64,000 bases of DNA. Source: Takakia lepidozioides (taxonomy: Eukaryota > Plantae > Bryophyta). The DNA is taken from NCBI GenBank assembly GCA_030704615.1, contig CM060734.1, forward strand, positions 10,602,001 through 10,666,000, read 5' to 3'. Both the position numbers and the translations under genes were made by a program. The notes under the pieces are model-generated. The model was given only the letters and a program-made list of their open reading frames with translations, was not told the origin of the DNA and ran no database searches. Shown here piece by piece: positions 49,901 to 63,357 of this stretch (position 1 is its first letter; each line of letters begins with the position of its first letter).

Positions 49901-52900
49901 GTCCTGGCTAAAGGAAAGACATCAGAGGCTATTGGGAAGCTTCTGGAGCTGGCTCCCACCACTGCACTTCTGCTGACAGTGGACGATGGTAGGTTAACTA
50001 ACCTTACATTTCTTCTTCCCTTTCTTTGTTATACCAATGAGCATGGGGTGTTAGATGCTGTTGCATGCTTTTATTTACATGTTTAGTAGCTGAAGATTTG
50101 TAGGCAGTCTTTGTTGCATTTCAGTGTTTACTAGGTAACGTTATGGGATTAATTTTCAAAGATTCAGGTGTGGAACCAAGCTCCTTTATACATCTGGTCT
50201 ATGATGGAAGCCATAGTGAGGGTTCCAAGAGATCGAGGAGCCCTTGCCAACTTTTGCACTTTTCAATGTTCCAGGGGGCAAGGTGACCACAGAGCGAGAA
50301 ATTGATGCACAGCTAGTACAGAGGGGTGACATCTTGAAAGTGCAGCCTGGAGCAAAGGTTCCAGCCGATGGAATCACTGTCTGGGGGGCTAGCCATGTGA
50401 ATGAGAGCATGATCACTGGAGAGGCTTCACCGGTTGCAAAAGAAACGGGCGACTCCGTGATCGGTGGTACCATCAACATGAATGGAGTCATGCACATTCG
50501 TGCCACACGGATTGGCCGCGACACAGCACTTGCACAGATAGTTAATCTGGTGGAGACTGCTCAGATGGCAAAGGCCCCAATCCAAAAGTTTGCTGATCAT
50601 GTATGTTTTGGGCTGCATGAGTGGCTGCCGTGATACTTCCTCCCATTCTCCGTGTCTCTCTCTATGTACTCATTAACGTTTCCCACTATTGCTCTGGTCG
50701 GCTTTGAAAGTTTCACAAATCCTCCAGGAAACGTATCCTTAAACAAATAAAGCTGAGCAGGATGTCTTGTACTTTTGGTGGAAGAACACAGAATGGAATC
50801 ATTTGACTGTGCAGCTGTGTCCCATACTATATTTGTGGCTATTTAATTAAGCTGACTCTGAGCACTGATGTTTTTTGTAGGTGGCTAGTGTTTTCGTTCC
50901 CATTGTGGTCTCCTTGGCTGTTGCCACCTGGCTGGTCTGGTACGTCTAGTCCACTACTCTCTCTGGGTGTGCAGTCTTGTTGAAGTTGGTGGAAGTTCCA
51001 GAGATGAGTTACTTGCTGAACCAGACTGGAAAGAGATTGGGTGGAAGCGCGAGAGCCAGTGAATAACAAATGTCTGAGCAAGAGATAACGAGTTGTGTTT
51101 GTCATGGCATTTCCTCAGGGCATGGTCTATTCCAGTCTTCAGTGGTCCTACAGAGCAATACAATCAAAGCACAAGTCTTGTGCAGTGTCTCGTCTGATCT
51201 GGAATTCGGTGGCCCTCTTGACAGGTATCTGGCTGGGAAACTAGGGGCCTACCCTGATTCCTGGCTCCCCACTGGCACCAACTACTTCGTATTTGCGCTC
51301 ATGTTTTCTATATCGGTACTTGTTATTGCCTGCCCCTGTGCTCTGGGACTTGCAACGCCAACTGCTGTGATGGTTGCTACGGGTATTGGGGCCACCAATG
51401 GGATCTTGATCAAGGGTGGGGATGCCCTGGAACGTGCGCATAAAGTGCAATGTGTGGTTTTTGACAAGACAGGCACTCTAACCAAAGGCAAACCCTCTGT
51501 GACACACACCAAGGTTTACTGCGAGACTCCATTGGCTGAGTTTCTCGCTTTAGTCGCTGCTGCCGAGGTTAGTGCCTGGCATCCTATCTTACATTCCGCT
51601 TTAGTTTAATTCCTCTCTCCTGGAGCTTTTACCCTAATCTGGAGTTTCCAATTATTGTGAGACCTTATTTCCTATACCTTCTGTGTTTCCTTTTTCCCGT
51701 GATTGCTTGGTTGGTGAGCTACTGACATCAGAGATATGAACAGGCCGGCAGTGAGCATCCATTAGCTAGAGCAATAGTGGACTATGCACACCACTTTTTG
51801 GTTTTTGGGGGGGCCCCTACCCCAAAGTCTCCCCGGAGTACAAAATCCAGGGATATGAGCTGGCTGAAGAAGGCCTCAATGTTCAAAGCTATCCCAGGCC
51901 ATGGTGTTCACTGTGAAGTAGACAACATCTACATCCTGGTGAGTGTTCACATTTGTTGTTTGTTGGGTTACAGGGTCCTATATCTACCACTCACACATGG
52001 AATTCTCTTGATTACATCAATGTTCTAGGAAGTTGAAATTAGTGGGCATGAACCTCCATCTTTTCTCTGTAGTACTTCTCAACCTTGCTTACATTTGGCC
52101 AGGTTGGCAACCGCAAGCTGATGCATGACTCAGGAGTTGAGATTCCACAAGACATTGAAGAGCATTTACAAGACATCGAGCAACGTGCTAGGACGGTCAT
52201 TCTTGTAGCCTTTGATGGAGCACTAGCAGGTGTTGTTTCTGTCTCAGATCCTTTGAAACAGGAGGCAGCAGTGGTTGTTGAAGGCCTAAAACGTATGGGC
52301 ATTCGGTGCATCATGATGACTGGTGACAATTGGCAGACAGCCAAATCGGTTGCAGCTGAGGTTTGTCAATTTTGGCTTTCAGAATCTCTTTGGTGTGTGC
52401 TATTTGGACTCTGGATCTCTCTCTCTCTTCCTGCCCCTTCCCCCCAACAGAAGTCGAGAATAATCTTTAAAAAAAAATTGACTTTCCTTTCTTTCAAACT
52501 TTGGAGCCTATCTCAGCAAGCTGTGCTGTTCCAGTTGGGTTGACTCCACGATGTAGATAGCATGCACCTAATATCGCCCTATTACTGACCTGCAAACTCT
52601 TGTTCATGGTTGTTTCTTGTGGCAGGCAGGGATTGAGGAGATTATGGCAGAGGTGTTGCCAGCTGGCAAGGCAGAGGCAATCCACTCACTTCAAGCCAAT
52701 GGAACGGTGGTGGCCATGGTGGGGGATGGTGTCAATGACTCCCCTGCCCTTGCCGCTGCTGATATTGGCATGGCTATCGGTTCAGGTACGGATATAGCGA
52801 TTGAAGCGGCTGATTATGTTCTGATGCGCAACAGCTTGGAAGACGTGATAACGGCAATTGATCTATCCCGGAAAACCTTTGCCCGTATTAAATTAAATTA

Positions 52901-53102
52901 TGTATTTGCAATGGGATATAACATTCTAGCTATCCCTATTGCCGCTGGAGTTTTCTTTCCACTCTTGGCACTCCGACTGCCCCCTTGGATGGCCGGTGGG
53001 GCAATGGCATTTTCATCAGTGTCTGTTGTCTGCTCATCATTGTTATTGAAGAGATACAGGCGGCCCCGGCTGACAGAGTTGTTGCAAGTTCAAACACAAT
53101 GA
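47000..53102 (+). CDS. RAN1: Copper-transporting P1B-type ATPase, RAN1/HMA7-like, 9 exons, ~1019 aa
   Basis: Exons 47000-47353, 48765-49394, 49571-49988, 50275-50600, 50881-50939, 51225-51567, 51744-51938, 52103-52360, 52626-53102 join in frame (3060 nt). Two GMTCxxC plus a degenerate third HMA domain, TGE, CPC, DKTGT, SEHP, GDGVND, YN and MxxSS motifs; N-terminus MAP..DLQL resembles RAN1. Confidence 0.93.
47627..48320 (+). mobile_element. Stacked 3' fragments of an RTE/RTEX-like LINE in RAN1 intron 1
   Basis: [22 protein letters not shown]; three successive 3'-end motifs (ggcta[c/t]ggca); TSD-like duplications. Confidence 0.78.
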
Positions 53103-54309
53103 CAACTCTCAAATCTCTTCACCCTTCTGTTCACCCCCTCCCTATTTCTTGGTCTGTAAATTATTGGTGTGCATTTTACCCTTTATTCTGTAAGTTGAAA
53201 TCTAGAGTCAACTCTTAAACACGCGAGGCTTAAGTCCAGGCTTTCGTGTACGGTTGGCCACTTCACCTCTTTTCCAATTTTCAGGCTTCGGTGTTTGGAG
53301 GTCAAAGTTCTTTGCAGCACTGTCACATCTCCTTCATCTACCTCGCACTGTTTGCAGAAGCTTCCTGAGAGCAAATAGGGAAGAGCAGACAGACTCTGGC
53401 TAAAATCCGCAGTTGTCTGAATCAATGAAGAATCTATTGCATCAATAGTGGTGCTTGAAAAGCAACACCTGTAAACTCTCTTACAGCTCAGACGGCTATC
53501 TCATCTGCATTTCAACCATTTGCCCACCATGTCCACTTTGTGGGGACACTGAAAAAATGAGCAGTGTATGAAACCTCAAACGATGCTGCTGAGAGCAGTG
53601 TAACAAGTAAGGACCTGATCTTACTCTAATCAGATATCCACCTCACCCTAAAACTCTTTCCACTTCTGAAGGGTGAGTAATGAGCTTCAACTCCACATTA
53701 TTCTCAAGATTTCACATTCTTGCTGTGGGGCACCAGGACAACAAGCAGTACCCCATAACCCTCAACTCCTCAACACTACCAAAGACTTGTTTCTGAGAGA
53801 ATGAAAACTAATTTGGAAAGATAACATGTTGGTGGAGGAGCGTAGTGGTAAGAAGATTTGCTATCTACTTGGGTGTGAAGCTCAAATTCAGCTCCAGCTG
53901 ATCCATTTCATCATGCTTGAGGAAGCTGCTGGGCAGATGACAAGCCCCACCTTAGACTAGAAGGTGAACAAAGCGGCAGATTCTGTAAGAACCGGCCGGG
54001 CCGGCTAAATAGAAGCTACCAACATCTAGGTTGCGTGTCCACGGTCGGATAGCTATCCTGGGGAATCGAATCTTGTTCGTCCGTTGCGAGGCTCGCGGAG
54101 CGATGGTGAAGAAGCCCAGAATTTGAAACACATGAGATAATTTGCAGGCACACAGAACTTGCGAGCTTGTTCCTGGGTTTAAGATTTCAGTTCGTGGGTC
54201 TTTCGAGAGGGAGGTTATCTTTCAGTCAGAGTGTAGAGTATCGGCGGGGATCTGTGAGTGAGAGGTTTATGTGGGTTGGAGATTACAAAGTGGGTTTGTG
54301 AGGTTTTGT

Positions 54310-54312
<3 letters not shown>

Positions 54313-54348
<36 letters not shown>
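54313..54348. repeat. (GA)n microsatellite in the CPN60B 5' region
   Basis: Direct reading. Confidence 0.95.
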
Positions 54349-54350
<2 letters not shown>

Positions 54351-54386
54351 CACTCCCTTGTTTGCAGGGAAGTGTAGGCAGAGGAT

Positions 54387-57300
54387 ATGGCAGCCGCGGT
54401 TGGCAGCATTGCTGCGGCTAGTGCGTCAGCATCGTCTCTCAAGTGTTGCAGTGTAGAGAGAGCGGCATCTTCGTCTTCGTTGAGTGGGAGGGGCGCCCGG
54501 CCCTTGTCTTCACGTTCGTCATTCGGTCGCTTTTCGTTCCAGGATGTGTGTTTGCGGCAGGGTCCCCGGCCCAACTCCAGGACACGGGTCATGCGCACTA
54601 ATGCTATGGCTAAAGAGATCTACTTCAACAAGGACGGTTCAGCCACAAAGAAGTTGCAGGCATCTCTCTCTCTCTCTCTCTGTCTCTCCTTTCAACGTAG
54701 AAGGGCTTTTGCACTGCCTGCATGCATGCTTGTATGGTGGTCTCCCATCCAAAGACGGTCCAAGGGGCTCTCCCGTTGTCACCATTTCCTGTGAAGAAGT
54801 TTAAACTTGCCATTTGCTTTGCTCCATGGGCTCACGGGTTGTCTCCACCGCCATTTTAATTTTACTAAATAAACTTCCATGGCGAACGGAACCACCGGAA
54901 CGTCGGATGGGTATTGTTGGTCAAGTTGAGAGCATGGTTTGAGAGGGTGTGTGTGGTTATTGTAATCACCTTAAGATGACGGCAATGACTGGATTCCATA
55001 AGATCTTTGAATGTGAGGCAGGAAACTTTAGGGCATACCAGCAATTATTCTCATCTTACTCTTCCCCTGTTCAAGTTTGGAGAGGACATTCTTGGATTTC
55101 TGAATTGCAGCATCTTTTTACACGGGAATGTGATTGACATGTCGCTGTACTTGTCTGTGGGGAAATGAGAGGAAATGGCTGCTTTTTGGGTACCTAATTA
55201 GTTCATGAGATCTGCATGTGTATCTGGAGAGAGAGGCACTGGCTGTAGAGCTGTGAAAGAGGTTCCCCCAGCAGGCAGTTGGTCTAGCAGTTTTAACTGT
55301 CTGGCATGATGTAGTCACCCAGAGTTTGGACCTTTTGACAACCCTAATTATCTTTTTGGGTGACTGTGCTTGTCTTGCTAGGAAATACTTTTCTCCCTTG
55401 GTCTCAAACTGGACGCTTTCATAGATTTGCATAGACTTGTGATCATTGTTGCCTAGAGCAGGGTTGGCTAGTTGCCAGAGGTTCTTGCTGTGGCAGCTCT
55501 AATCAATATTTAGCTAAAAGCTTAATTCTCAACCCTTTACACTGTTGATGTAAGTTTCTGATCCGATCTTTCAGATATGCTCATGAGCCTAATAGGTAGT
55601 GTTTTCAAAGGCAATCATGGAAGTTTTTTCCTGCTTGGGTTTTTCAGTGAGGGTGTGCAATCATACCGTACCTGGTGCCTATGAACCTCTTTGTTTCCTA
55701 TGGTGCACTTCTAATGGATACCATAGAAGTGCACTTTGTTTCTGATGCTGCTGTATCTTCAAGTCCATGGCTTACAGAAGCTTTGGTTGTATTATTGCTG
55801 CAGGCTGGAGTCAACAAGCTGGCAGATTTGGTTGGTGTGACCCTTGGGCCCAAGGGAAGGAATGTAGTCCTTGAGAGCAAGTATGGGTCTCCCAAGATTG
55901 TGAATGATGGTGTTACAGTGGCAAAGGAGGCAAGTTCCTTTTGTTGATCTTGAGATTTGAGTCCAATGCATCTATTCAAATAGGTGGGAAAAGTGATACT
56001 TTGGACTCCATGGGTAATAAGATGTCAATGCTTCAGCTCCTCGCTTTGAATGTGGTCAATCATCTGATGCACAGAGGGTGCCTGCAGGTTGAGTTAGAGG
56101 ATCCTGTGGAAAACATAGGTGCCAAACTAGTGAGGCAGGCAGCAGCCAAGACCAATGACCTTGCTGGTGATGGCACTACCACATCTGTGGTCCTTGCACA
56201 AGGGCTGATTGCTGAGGGTGTGAAGGTAATGTCTTGTTTGGACTATGCTGCACAGATCTGTTCCATGTAATGTCAGATCTGCCAGTTAGAAACTTGAACT
56301 TCTGTCTCTGTTTTTATTTTTATTACATGTGCAACTTCACCATCAAGAAGTCCATCGTTCTATAATATGAAGACGTTTTGGTAAACATATCGTCAAGAGT
56401 ACTGACTGAGTGGGTCTGTTAATGCAGGTGGTGGCTGCAGGTGCAAATCCGATCCAGATCACCAGGGGAATCGACAGGACAGTAGTTGCTCTTGTTCAAG
56501 AGCTGAAGGCTATGGCAAAGGATGTGAGTCCTCCTGAAAATTTTCATTCTGATTTGTACCTAGTTACTTTCCTAGATGTACAGTAGATGGTTTTGAGTTG
56601 TCAATGCCTGTAGTTGGAGTCTGAGAGGAAAGGAGGGCATTGTAGGTGGAGGACAGTGAGCTGGCAGATGTCGCTGCTGTCAGTGCTGGCAACAATTACG
56701 AGGTTGGGCAGATGATTGCTGAGGCCATGAGCAAAGTGGGTCGGAAGGGTGTTGTCACACTGGAGGAAGGCAAGAGTGCTGAGAATAGCTTGTATGTGGT
56801 GGAGGGTATGCAATTTGACCGTGGTTACATCTCACCGTACTTTGTGACCGACCCTGAGAAGATGACCGTTGAGTATGACAACTGCAAGGTGTGTTTCATA
56901 TCGTAACTTCTGCCCCAACCGCATTTTCCTTTCTCCAAAGAAAATGGAAAAGGAATAGTTATGGGTGGGGTGCTGATAAAACATGTAACTTGCTAACGCA
57001 ATAGAGTCGGTGCTACTTGTTGTATATACTGTTTCAATTCCTTGGTTTGATCAACTAACTCAACCATGCTGACAAGAAGCACAAAGCGATGTGAAGCACC
57101 TTCCTCCTAAAACAATGATTCTTGCCGAAGCAAGTGTGAATTATGGTGTCACTTCACCCGAAGGGCTACTGCCGTCTGTTTGGAAGGTGGACACTTTCTA
57201 ATGGCCATAACCAGGGCAACGCAGTTGCCAAACCTCCCCAAGGACTTGAAAGTCCCCATGTACCCACACATTAGGTGACCGGTTGGATGTCACCCATCAT

Positions 57301-60300
57301 ATCGAAACCAACTATAAAATGGGGTTGCTGTTGATTCTCAGAAGCTGAAACAATGGGCATGGATATTGAACTATCCAAGTTTCTTGGACATGACTAGATG
57401 AAAAACTACATATGAATTAAATGTACACCATCTGGCTTTGAACCCATGACCGCTTGTAAGACAGCCCTGTGCCCTACCCACTGGGCCATGTGTTATATGC
57501 TTGCACCTTCCTCATCTTAGATGTCCTCTTGTTATTCTCCTGTGAACATATCAGCCAAATCTTCATTTGAGTAGACGTTGGGCATATGCTGGAAAAGAAA
57601 AGGCGACCTTTTCTTGTAAGCTTGAGAAAGAGGAAAAACTTTCGAACCAAGGAAAAAGTATCCAAGAGTGAGAGAAGTGCAAGAGTGTGAGCAAGAGAGA
57701 AGATGTGTGGTGCTGATGAAAAGGATGATTTTTCCATCTGTGCCAGCTACTCCTTGTGGACAAGAAGATAGGAACAGCACGCGACATGATTGGCATACTG
57801 GAAGATGCAATCCGGGGTGCATACCCACTGGTGATTGTTGCTGAGGACATTGAACAAGAGGCACTGGCCACATTGGTGGTGAATAAACTGCGTGGCTCTT
57901 TGAAGGTGGCAGCACTCAAGGCTCCTGGCTTTGGGGAGCGGAAAAGCCAATACTTGGATGACATTGCCATTTTGACTGGAGGTCAGATGCTTATCAAAAT
58001 CTTAGTCTGTCATTCAGTTTGGGGTTGGGTTCTTGTTGGAAAGTAAAAATCGTAGCAGGGAGTTTCGGTCTTCCAATCTGAAATCTTACCTGGGATTTGA
58101 GAGTGTTTAGCAGTTAGAACAGTACTTGTTCAGAAATTGCCAACCACTTTGAGGGGACCATCTGTTTGTAATGTTTTCTTTGGGTGGAAATTGAATATGG
58201 CAGGCACGGTGGTGAGGGATGAGATCGGTTTGTCATTGGACAAGGTTGGTCGGGAAGTGCTTGGCAATGCGGCCAAAGTAGAGCTTACCAAGGACTCAAC
58301 CACAATAGTGGGAGATGGCACCACTCAGGATGTTGTGAGCAAACGTGTTACTCAGATTCGGAACTTGATTGAGGTAATTTACAATGTTGCATCCATCTCG
58401 AGCTGTAATGTCTGTTATATTTGAGGATTCCTCTTCAACCCTGTAGGTAACACACCTCTCATAGGTTTGAATAAATAATGTACTCATAAGACGTTGTTTG
58501 CCGTAGCCTTGTGGCCATTGACCCCGCGCTCAGTTTGAGAGGAACACAAAGGGACAGAACCTACCTCTGTCAGGGGCTGACGTTGGTTGTAAGACTTACC
58601 TTGGTATAAAGTATTGATCCGGGTTTTCCAGATATCCTCTAGAAATCCCTTCACACAAGCATCAATCTGCAGTGTGTGGTTTGCCCAGTAACTAACCCCC
58701 AGAAGGGCCTGGGCTTTTGGTTCAGCCTCGAGACTTTCAAAGTTGGTAAACAGAGGAACAGGCACAATTCCCTTGATAGATTTGAGGAGAACGTCTCTCT
58801 GGTGAGAGAACCCTGGACAATGAATCAGGAAATGAATATTGTCTTCGGGTTGCCCACACAACGGGCAATTGCACTCTCTCTTTCCTCTCTGCTTCTGTTT
58901 GAATAAATATTACTTCGGCAGTTGTTTCATATTGCAGAAACAACATGTGCAGCCTGGGACAGAAATGCAGAGGGAAAAATATCTTCTGTTTCCTCCTGCC
59001 ACTCACTAGTCTGAATCAAGCTAGAAGTATTCAGTTAAGGTACTACCGGAATGGACATGTAATTTGCGTAGGGCACCCCCAAATTTACTACAGGAAGCAA
59101 TGTAGGAGCTCAATAGTGGGATGAGTCGCTTGAAATGTAGAAGGAACCTGTCAATGACAACATTCAATCATATTACCCTTGTCCAACAGGTGAACATAGT
59201 TGGTATGTGAGAAGCTTACATATGCGAACTCTATTTAAGTCCTGTGGTTTTAGCTCTAATGGCTTTATAAGCTGCATGTTATCTTCTGCTAGTGGAGTAT
59301 CCTCCTTGTCAAGGTGTCAAAAATTCTAGAACATGATGGTTGGGGTCATGGTGAATGCACACAGGTTGCAGAACAGGAATACGAGAAGGAGAAATTGAAT
59401 GAGAGAATTGCAAAGCTGTCTGGAGGGGTCGCCATCATCCAGGTTGGCTGCTGGTTTAGCAGTTGTTTGCACCTGGACATACATCTCAGTTGTCAAGTTC
59501 ATCAGTTTCAAATTTTCAATTTGGATGTTGAAAGAAACCCTTAAGAAACCTTTTTAGGGCAACGTACACTTGTGTGTTGGATCAAATCCATTGGAATCAA
59601 ATTGTTTCGGTCGCTTATGGTTGCTAATTATTTTAACAGGTGGGAGCTCAAACTGAGACAGAATTGAAGGAGAAGAAGTTGCGGGTTGAGGACGCCTTAA
59701 ATGCAACCAAGGTGTGCCTACTCTGCACCAGCTTCGCTTGTATGCCATGCTGATCTAGCTCACATGCTTTTGCCATGTATCTTCTGAAGAGCTTCTTGTA
59801 CTCAACTATTGTTTGTGCCACGGAGGCCAGGCTGCAGTGGAGGAGGGCATTGTTGTTGGAGGAGGATGTGCGCTCTTGAGACTTTGCACCAAAGTGGATG
59901 CTATCAAGGAAACCCTTGACAACTATGAACAGAAGGTTGGCATAACAAATTTCCCTGTTACTACTGCATATGGCTGATTTGTGTTCGTTGGAAGAGGACA
60001 GGGGCTCTTGTGGCTCATGTCATTGGAGGACCAAAGAACATTCTTTCAATATGCAGTTGTAATCTCCTGTTTAAGTTCTCCCTCTATATGAGTGCCATTT
60101 GGTATGGCACTGGAGACAGGAGTTGGACTTCTTTGCTCATGAAGAGCATGTTTCTTATGTGGACATTATAAGTTGTTCAGTCATTCAGTATTGAGTTCGC
60201 GGCTAATGCAGTTTAATCATCTCGAGTCTTTGATAATGGGCTAAACGGGGCAAAGACGGAGGGAGACTAACCAATGGCACTCTATTCTTGTATTGTGTGG

Positions 60301-61821
60301 TTTGAAGTTCTGCCGTAGAAAGTGTTGTGTGCAATGGCAATTGGTGCTGGCAGCTGGATTACTTGCCGCTGATACATTGCAAAAGCAAGTAGCCAGTCAG
60401 ATGTGGCTTTTAATGACTCACTAATAACTTAGGGGCTTTCTTATGTGTGGCAGGTTGGGGCAGACATTGTGAAGCGTGCATTAAGCTATCCAATCAAATT
60501 GATAGCTAAGAATGCTGGTGTAAATGGGAGTGTGGTTGTTGAGAAGGTTAGTAGTCTCTGCCGTAGTATGTGTGGACTTCATCGGCACACCTTCAAAGAT
60601 TCTCCTATTTTTGAGGTTACTGACCCAACCGTCGGTGTTCTTCCTGTTCCTTCTCTGATAGGCGTTTAGTTGCTGGGGCGTCATTTCAGCTTATGCATTG
60701 GAGCACCCTAAGTATGAGAGCCAATTATTTCTTTTGAAATTGGCTCTTGGAACTTAAAGTGAACCAGGCTGCTAACCACGCAATTCTCTTTTAATTGGGT
60801 GAATATGTTGGTACCATTATTAATAAATGGGTGGTTATATTGTGTGCAATTCAGGTCCTATCAAATGACAACCCAAGCTTCGGGTATAACGCCGCAACAG
60901 GAGAGTATGAGGATTTGATGGCAGCTGGCATCATTGACCCTGCCAAGGCAGGCCCCCCCATCTGTCAATTCTTTTCTTCTTTCTGTTCCTGCCCACTCTG
61001 CTTTCAGTGCAGGAGCTGTTTGTATGTCGTTCTGCATTTATGTTGATTAACCAGCAACAGTAAACAATTTTCACACATAGTGGGCTTGTCTGAGATCAGT
61101 GGGATACTCTCCTTAGGATTATGACCCAGCGATTTGGATTGTAGAAGGTGTCTGTGATCTTGTACTATTTAGGAATCAGGCGGACATCATGTGGTTTCTC
61201 ACAGTTGTTTCCCTGGTATTTTCAGGTGGTGAGGTGCTGTCTGGAACATGCAGCCTCTGTGGCCAAGACTTTCCTTACTTCGGATGTTGTGGTGGTGGAT
61301 ATTAAGGAAGCCGAGCCAGCCAATGCAGGCTCCCCAATGGATAACTCAGGTCCTTCATCCTACCTGTTATTCCCTTCCTGTCCTCAGATTCCGTGGGGAT
61401 ACCGCATGTTATTCCCTTCCTGTTTTCTAGTGGGTTCAGATTTCAAGCAGCATGCTGGGTAAGTGTTGACCATTTGCTGGGTGTGCTGCCATGGAAAGTC
61501 TTCATGCCGAATTATGGCAGATGTGGATTACCAACACTCAAATTAGCCCTTAAGTATTGTGCTGTTTAATGCTGGCTCCTGTAAATGTGGGAGCAATCAT
61601 AAGTTTTAGTACTAACCAGTTGATGACCTGGTATTGTTATGTACTAGTTACATTTTTCTTCGTCTCGTCTTCTGGACCCCACGCTTAGCATTGGTAGAGT
61701 AGAAAGCGTGAGGAGTGTTTGGTGCTTGTGAAGAATTATATCATGTTGGCTTGAAAGAAAATAGGGAGGAGAACAGAGATTGACAAGCTTCTCTGTGTTT
61801 GATGCAGGATACGGATACTAA
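54387..61821 (+). CDS. CPN60B: Plastid chaperonin-60 beta subunit, 14 exons, ~619 aa
   Basis: Exons 54387-54659, 55804-55929, 56088-56225, 56428-56523, 56646-56888, 57747-57981, 58204-58373, 59365-59442, 59640-59711, 59831-59935, 60454-60546, 60855-60947, 61226-61349, 61808-61821 total 1860 nt in frame. Ser/Arg-rich transit peptide, [17 protein letters not shown]-terminal DNSGYGY. Confidence 0.95.
57432..57488 (-). mobile_element. tRNA-derived SINE head relic in CPN60B intron 5
   Basis: Minus strand TGGCCCAGTGGG (A-box-like) followed by GGTTCAAAGCC (B-box-like) at tRNA spacing. Confidence 0.5.
58478..58896 (-). mobile_element. 5'-truncated RTE/RTEX-like LINE in CPN60B intron 7 with 13-bp TSD
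   Basis: Same family as 47691-48175; GTTTGAATAAATA at 58465-58477 and 58897-58909. Confidence 0.88.
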
Positions 61822-62793
61822 GCATGCAACCAAGCAAAAGTAGTTTTAGTTTCTATTTCATTCTCAAATTTTGCTAAAGTTTCAGAGTCCGGGATGTGTA
61901 ACACTGGAAGATTGACAAGTATGGGCGAATTGCCGCGGTAGGCAGGCCTTGCTACTCGTCCCTCTGGAGTAAGACTTAGGTTGCATTTACTTTATTTGTC
62001 TTCAACACTTAACACTGATATATGCTGTGCTCTGGAATTACTGGCACAATCAATACAACTTGATATAGCAAAGATCTGTCATATTGCATATTCCAACATG
62101 TGTCCCAGTCCTTTGAGATCAATCCAGTTCTACATTGTACTACTACAAAACCTTGGTCTTCAGAAGACTTTCTGAAACTGTAGGTCACAACATCTGCATC
62201 AGATCATTCAATGCATGGGTTAATCATGAGAATGGCAGTTCACTGTAGAGACTAGAGACTGTTGCATGGAACCAATTAATTGCATGCGGTATCCCCACAG
62301 AATCTGAGTGTAGAGATGCTCCTAGCCCAGTGTGACCCGATCTGTGCGAAAGCTTTGACTGATGTAGTGCTCTGTATGCGTTGGGTTCTCCATAGCCTGT
62401 GAAAGTGCTTGTCTCTTTGATGGTTCCTGCATTCCACACAAAGACTCTGCTGCGGTCCAGCATTGCAGACAAGCAAGAGAAACTCGCTGAGCGCTGATAT
62501 ATAGTGAGATACAGAAGAGAGATCCGCACTGTATGAGAAGGATGATGAACAACTAGACTGCACTGACTGCCGGGAGACGCCGGCGCCGCAGCGGCCGACC
62601 CCGTCGAGGCTCATTAGTGTTGGCACGCAAGAAGAGAATTTATGGGTGACCAGCGGACGCTGCACGTTGTGGAGGAGACGGGTGCCGCAGGTGTCTTGAC
62701 GACGGGTGTGACACTTGGGCTGCGAAGGAGGGAGAGAGGAGAGAACAGGGGTTGCCGTGCAATTTGAGGTGGGGTGGGGTCAGAGGAAGGGAG

Positions 62794-63357
62794 ATGAAAG
62801 GGAGTGGGACAGTAGCAGGGAGTGAGGGGAAAAGTGGGGTGGTGGAGGCGGGGGTTGCACTTTGCGAGCATGTGCAGCGGCAGGGGTTGCAGGGGCATCT
62901 GTTTTCGGACATAACCTTGAATTTTATGGGGAAGGACTACCCGCTCCATCGGATTATACTCTCGCAGTCTTCGTACTTCCATTCGCTTCTCTCGGGCCCC
63001 TGGAAAGAGTACGGAAAGCCGCGAATCGAACTGCAGATTGATGACCCTAATGTGAGCGCGGAGGGCCTGGAGATTGCCTTCTCCTACATGTATGGGATGA
63101 GCCCAGTTTTCACTGGAGATAATGTGATGGCAGCACTGGCCGCAGGGTGTTTTTTGTGCATGGAGAATTTCTGTGACAAGTGTGTGCAGTTCATTGTAGC
63201 CAACTTGAGGGTGGAGACCTTTGTCGCTTACCAGCAGCTGTCCGAGCGGCATTGCTATGGCCGGTTTGCAGACTTGATAAGAAATGCTTGTTGGACATTT
63301 CTTTGCACGCATGCATCGCGTGAGCTCGTTCATCTCCTTCCAAAGCTTTCTTTGCAG
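62794..63357 (+). CDS. First coding exon of a BTB/POZ(-BACK-like) protein; gene continues beyond the window
   Basis: FSDITLNFMGKDYPLHRIILSQSSYFHSLLSGPWKE..LEIAFSYMYG..LAAGCFL; donor CAG|GTGC after 63357. Confidence 0.88.

Noticed and set aside
53831-53900. SINE or tRNA-like head
   Set aside because: A and B boxes too degenerate to support
62614-63333. 239-aa antisense ORF, and similar antisense ORFs over pol, transposase, RAN1 and CPN60B
   Set aside because: Shadow frames of real coding sequence with no motifs
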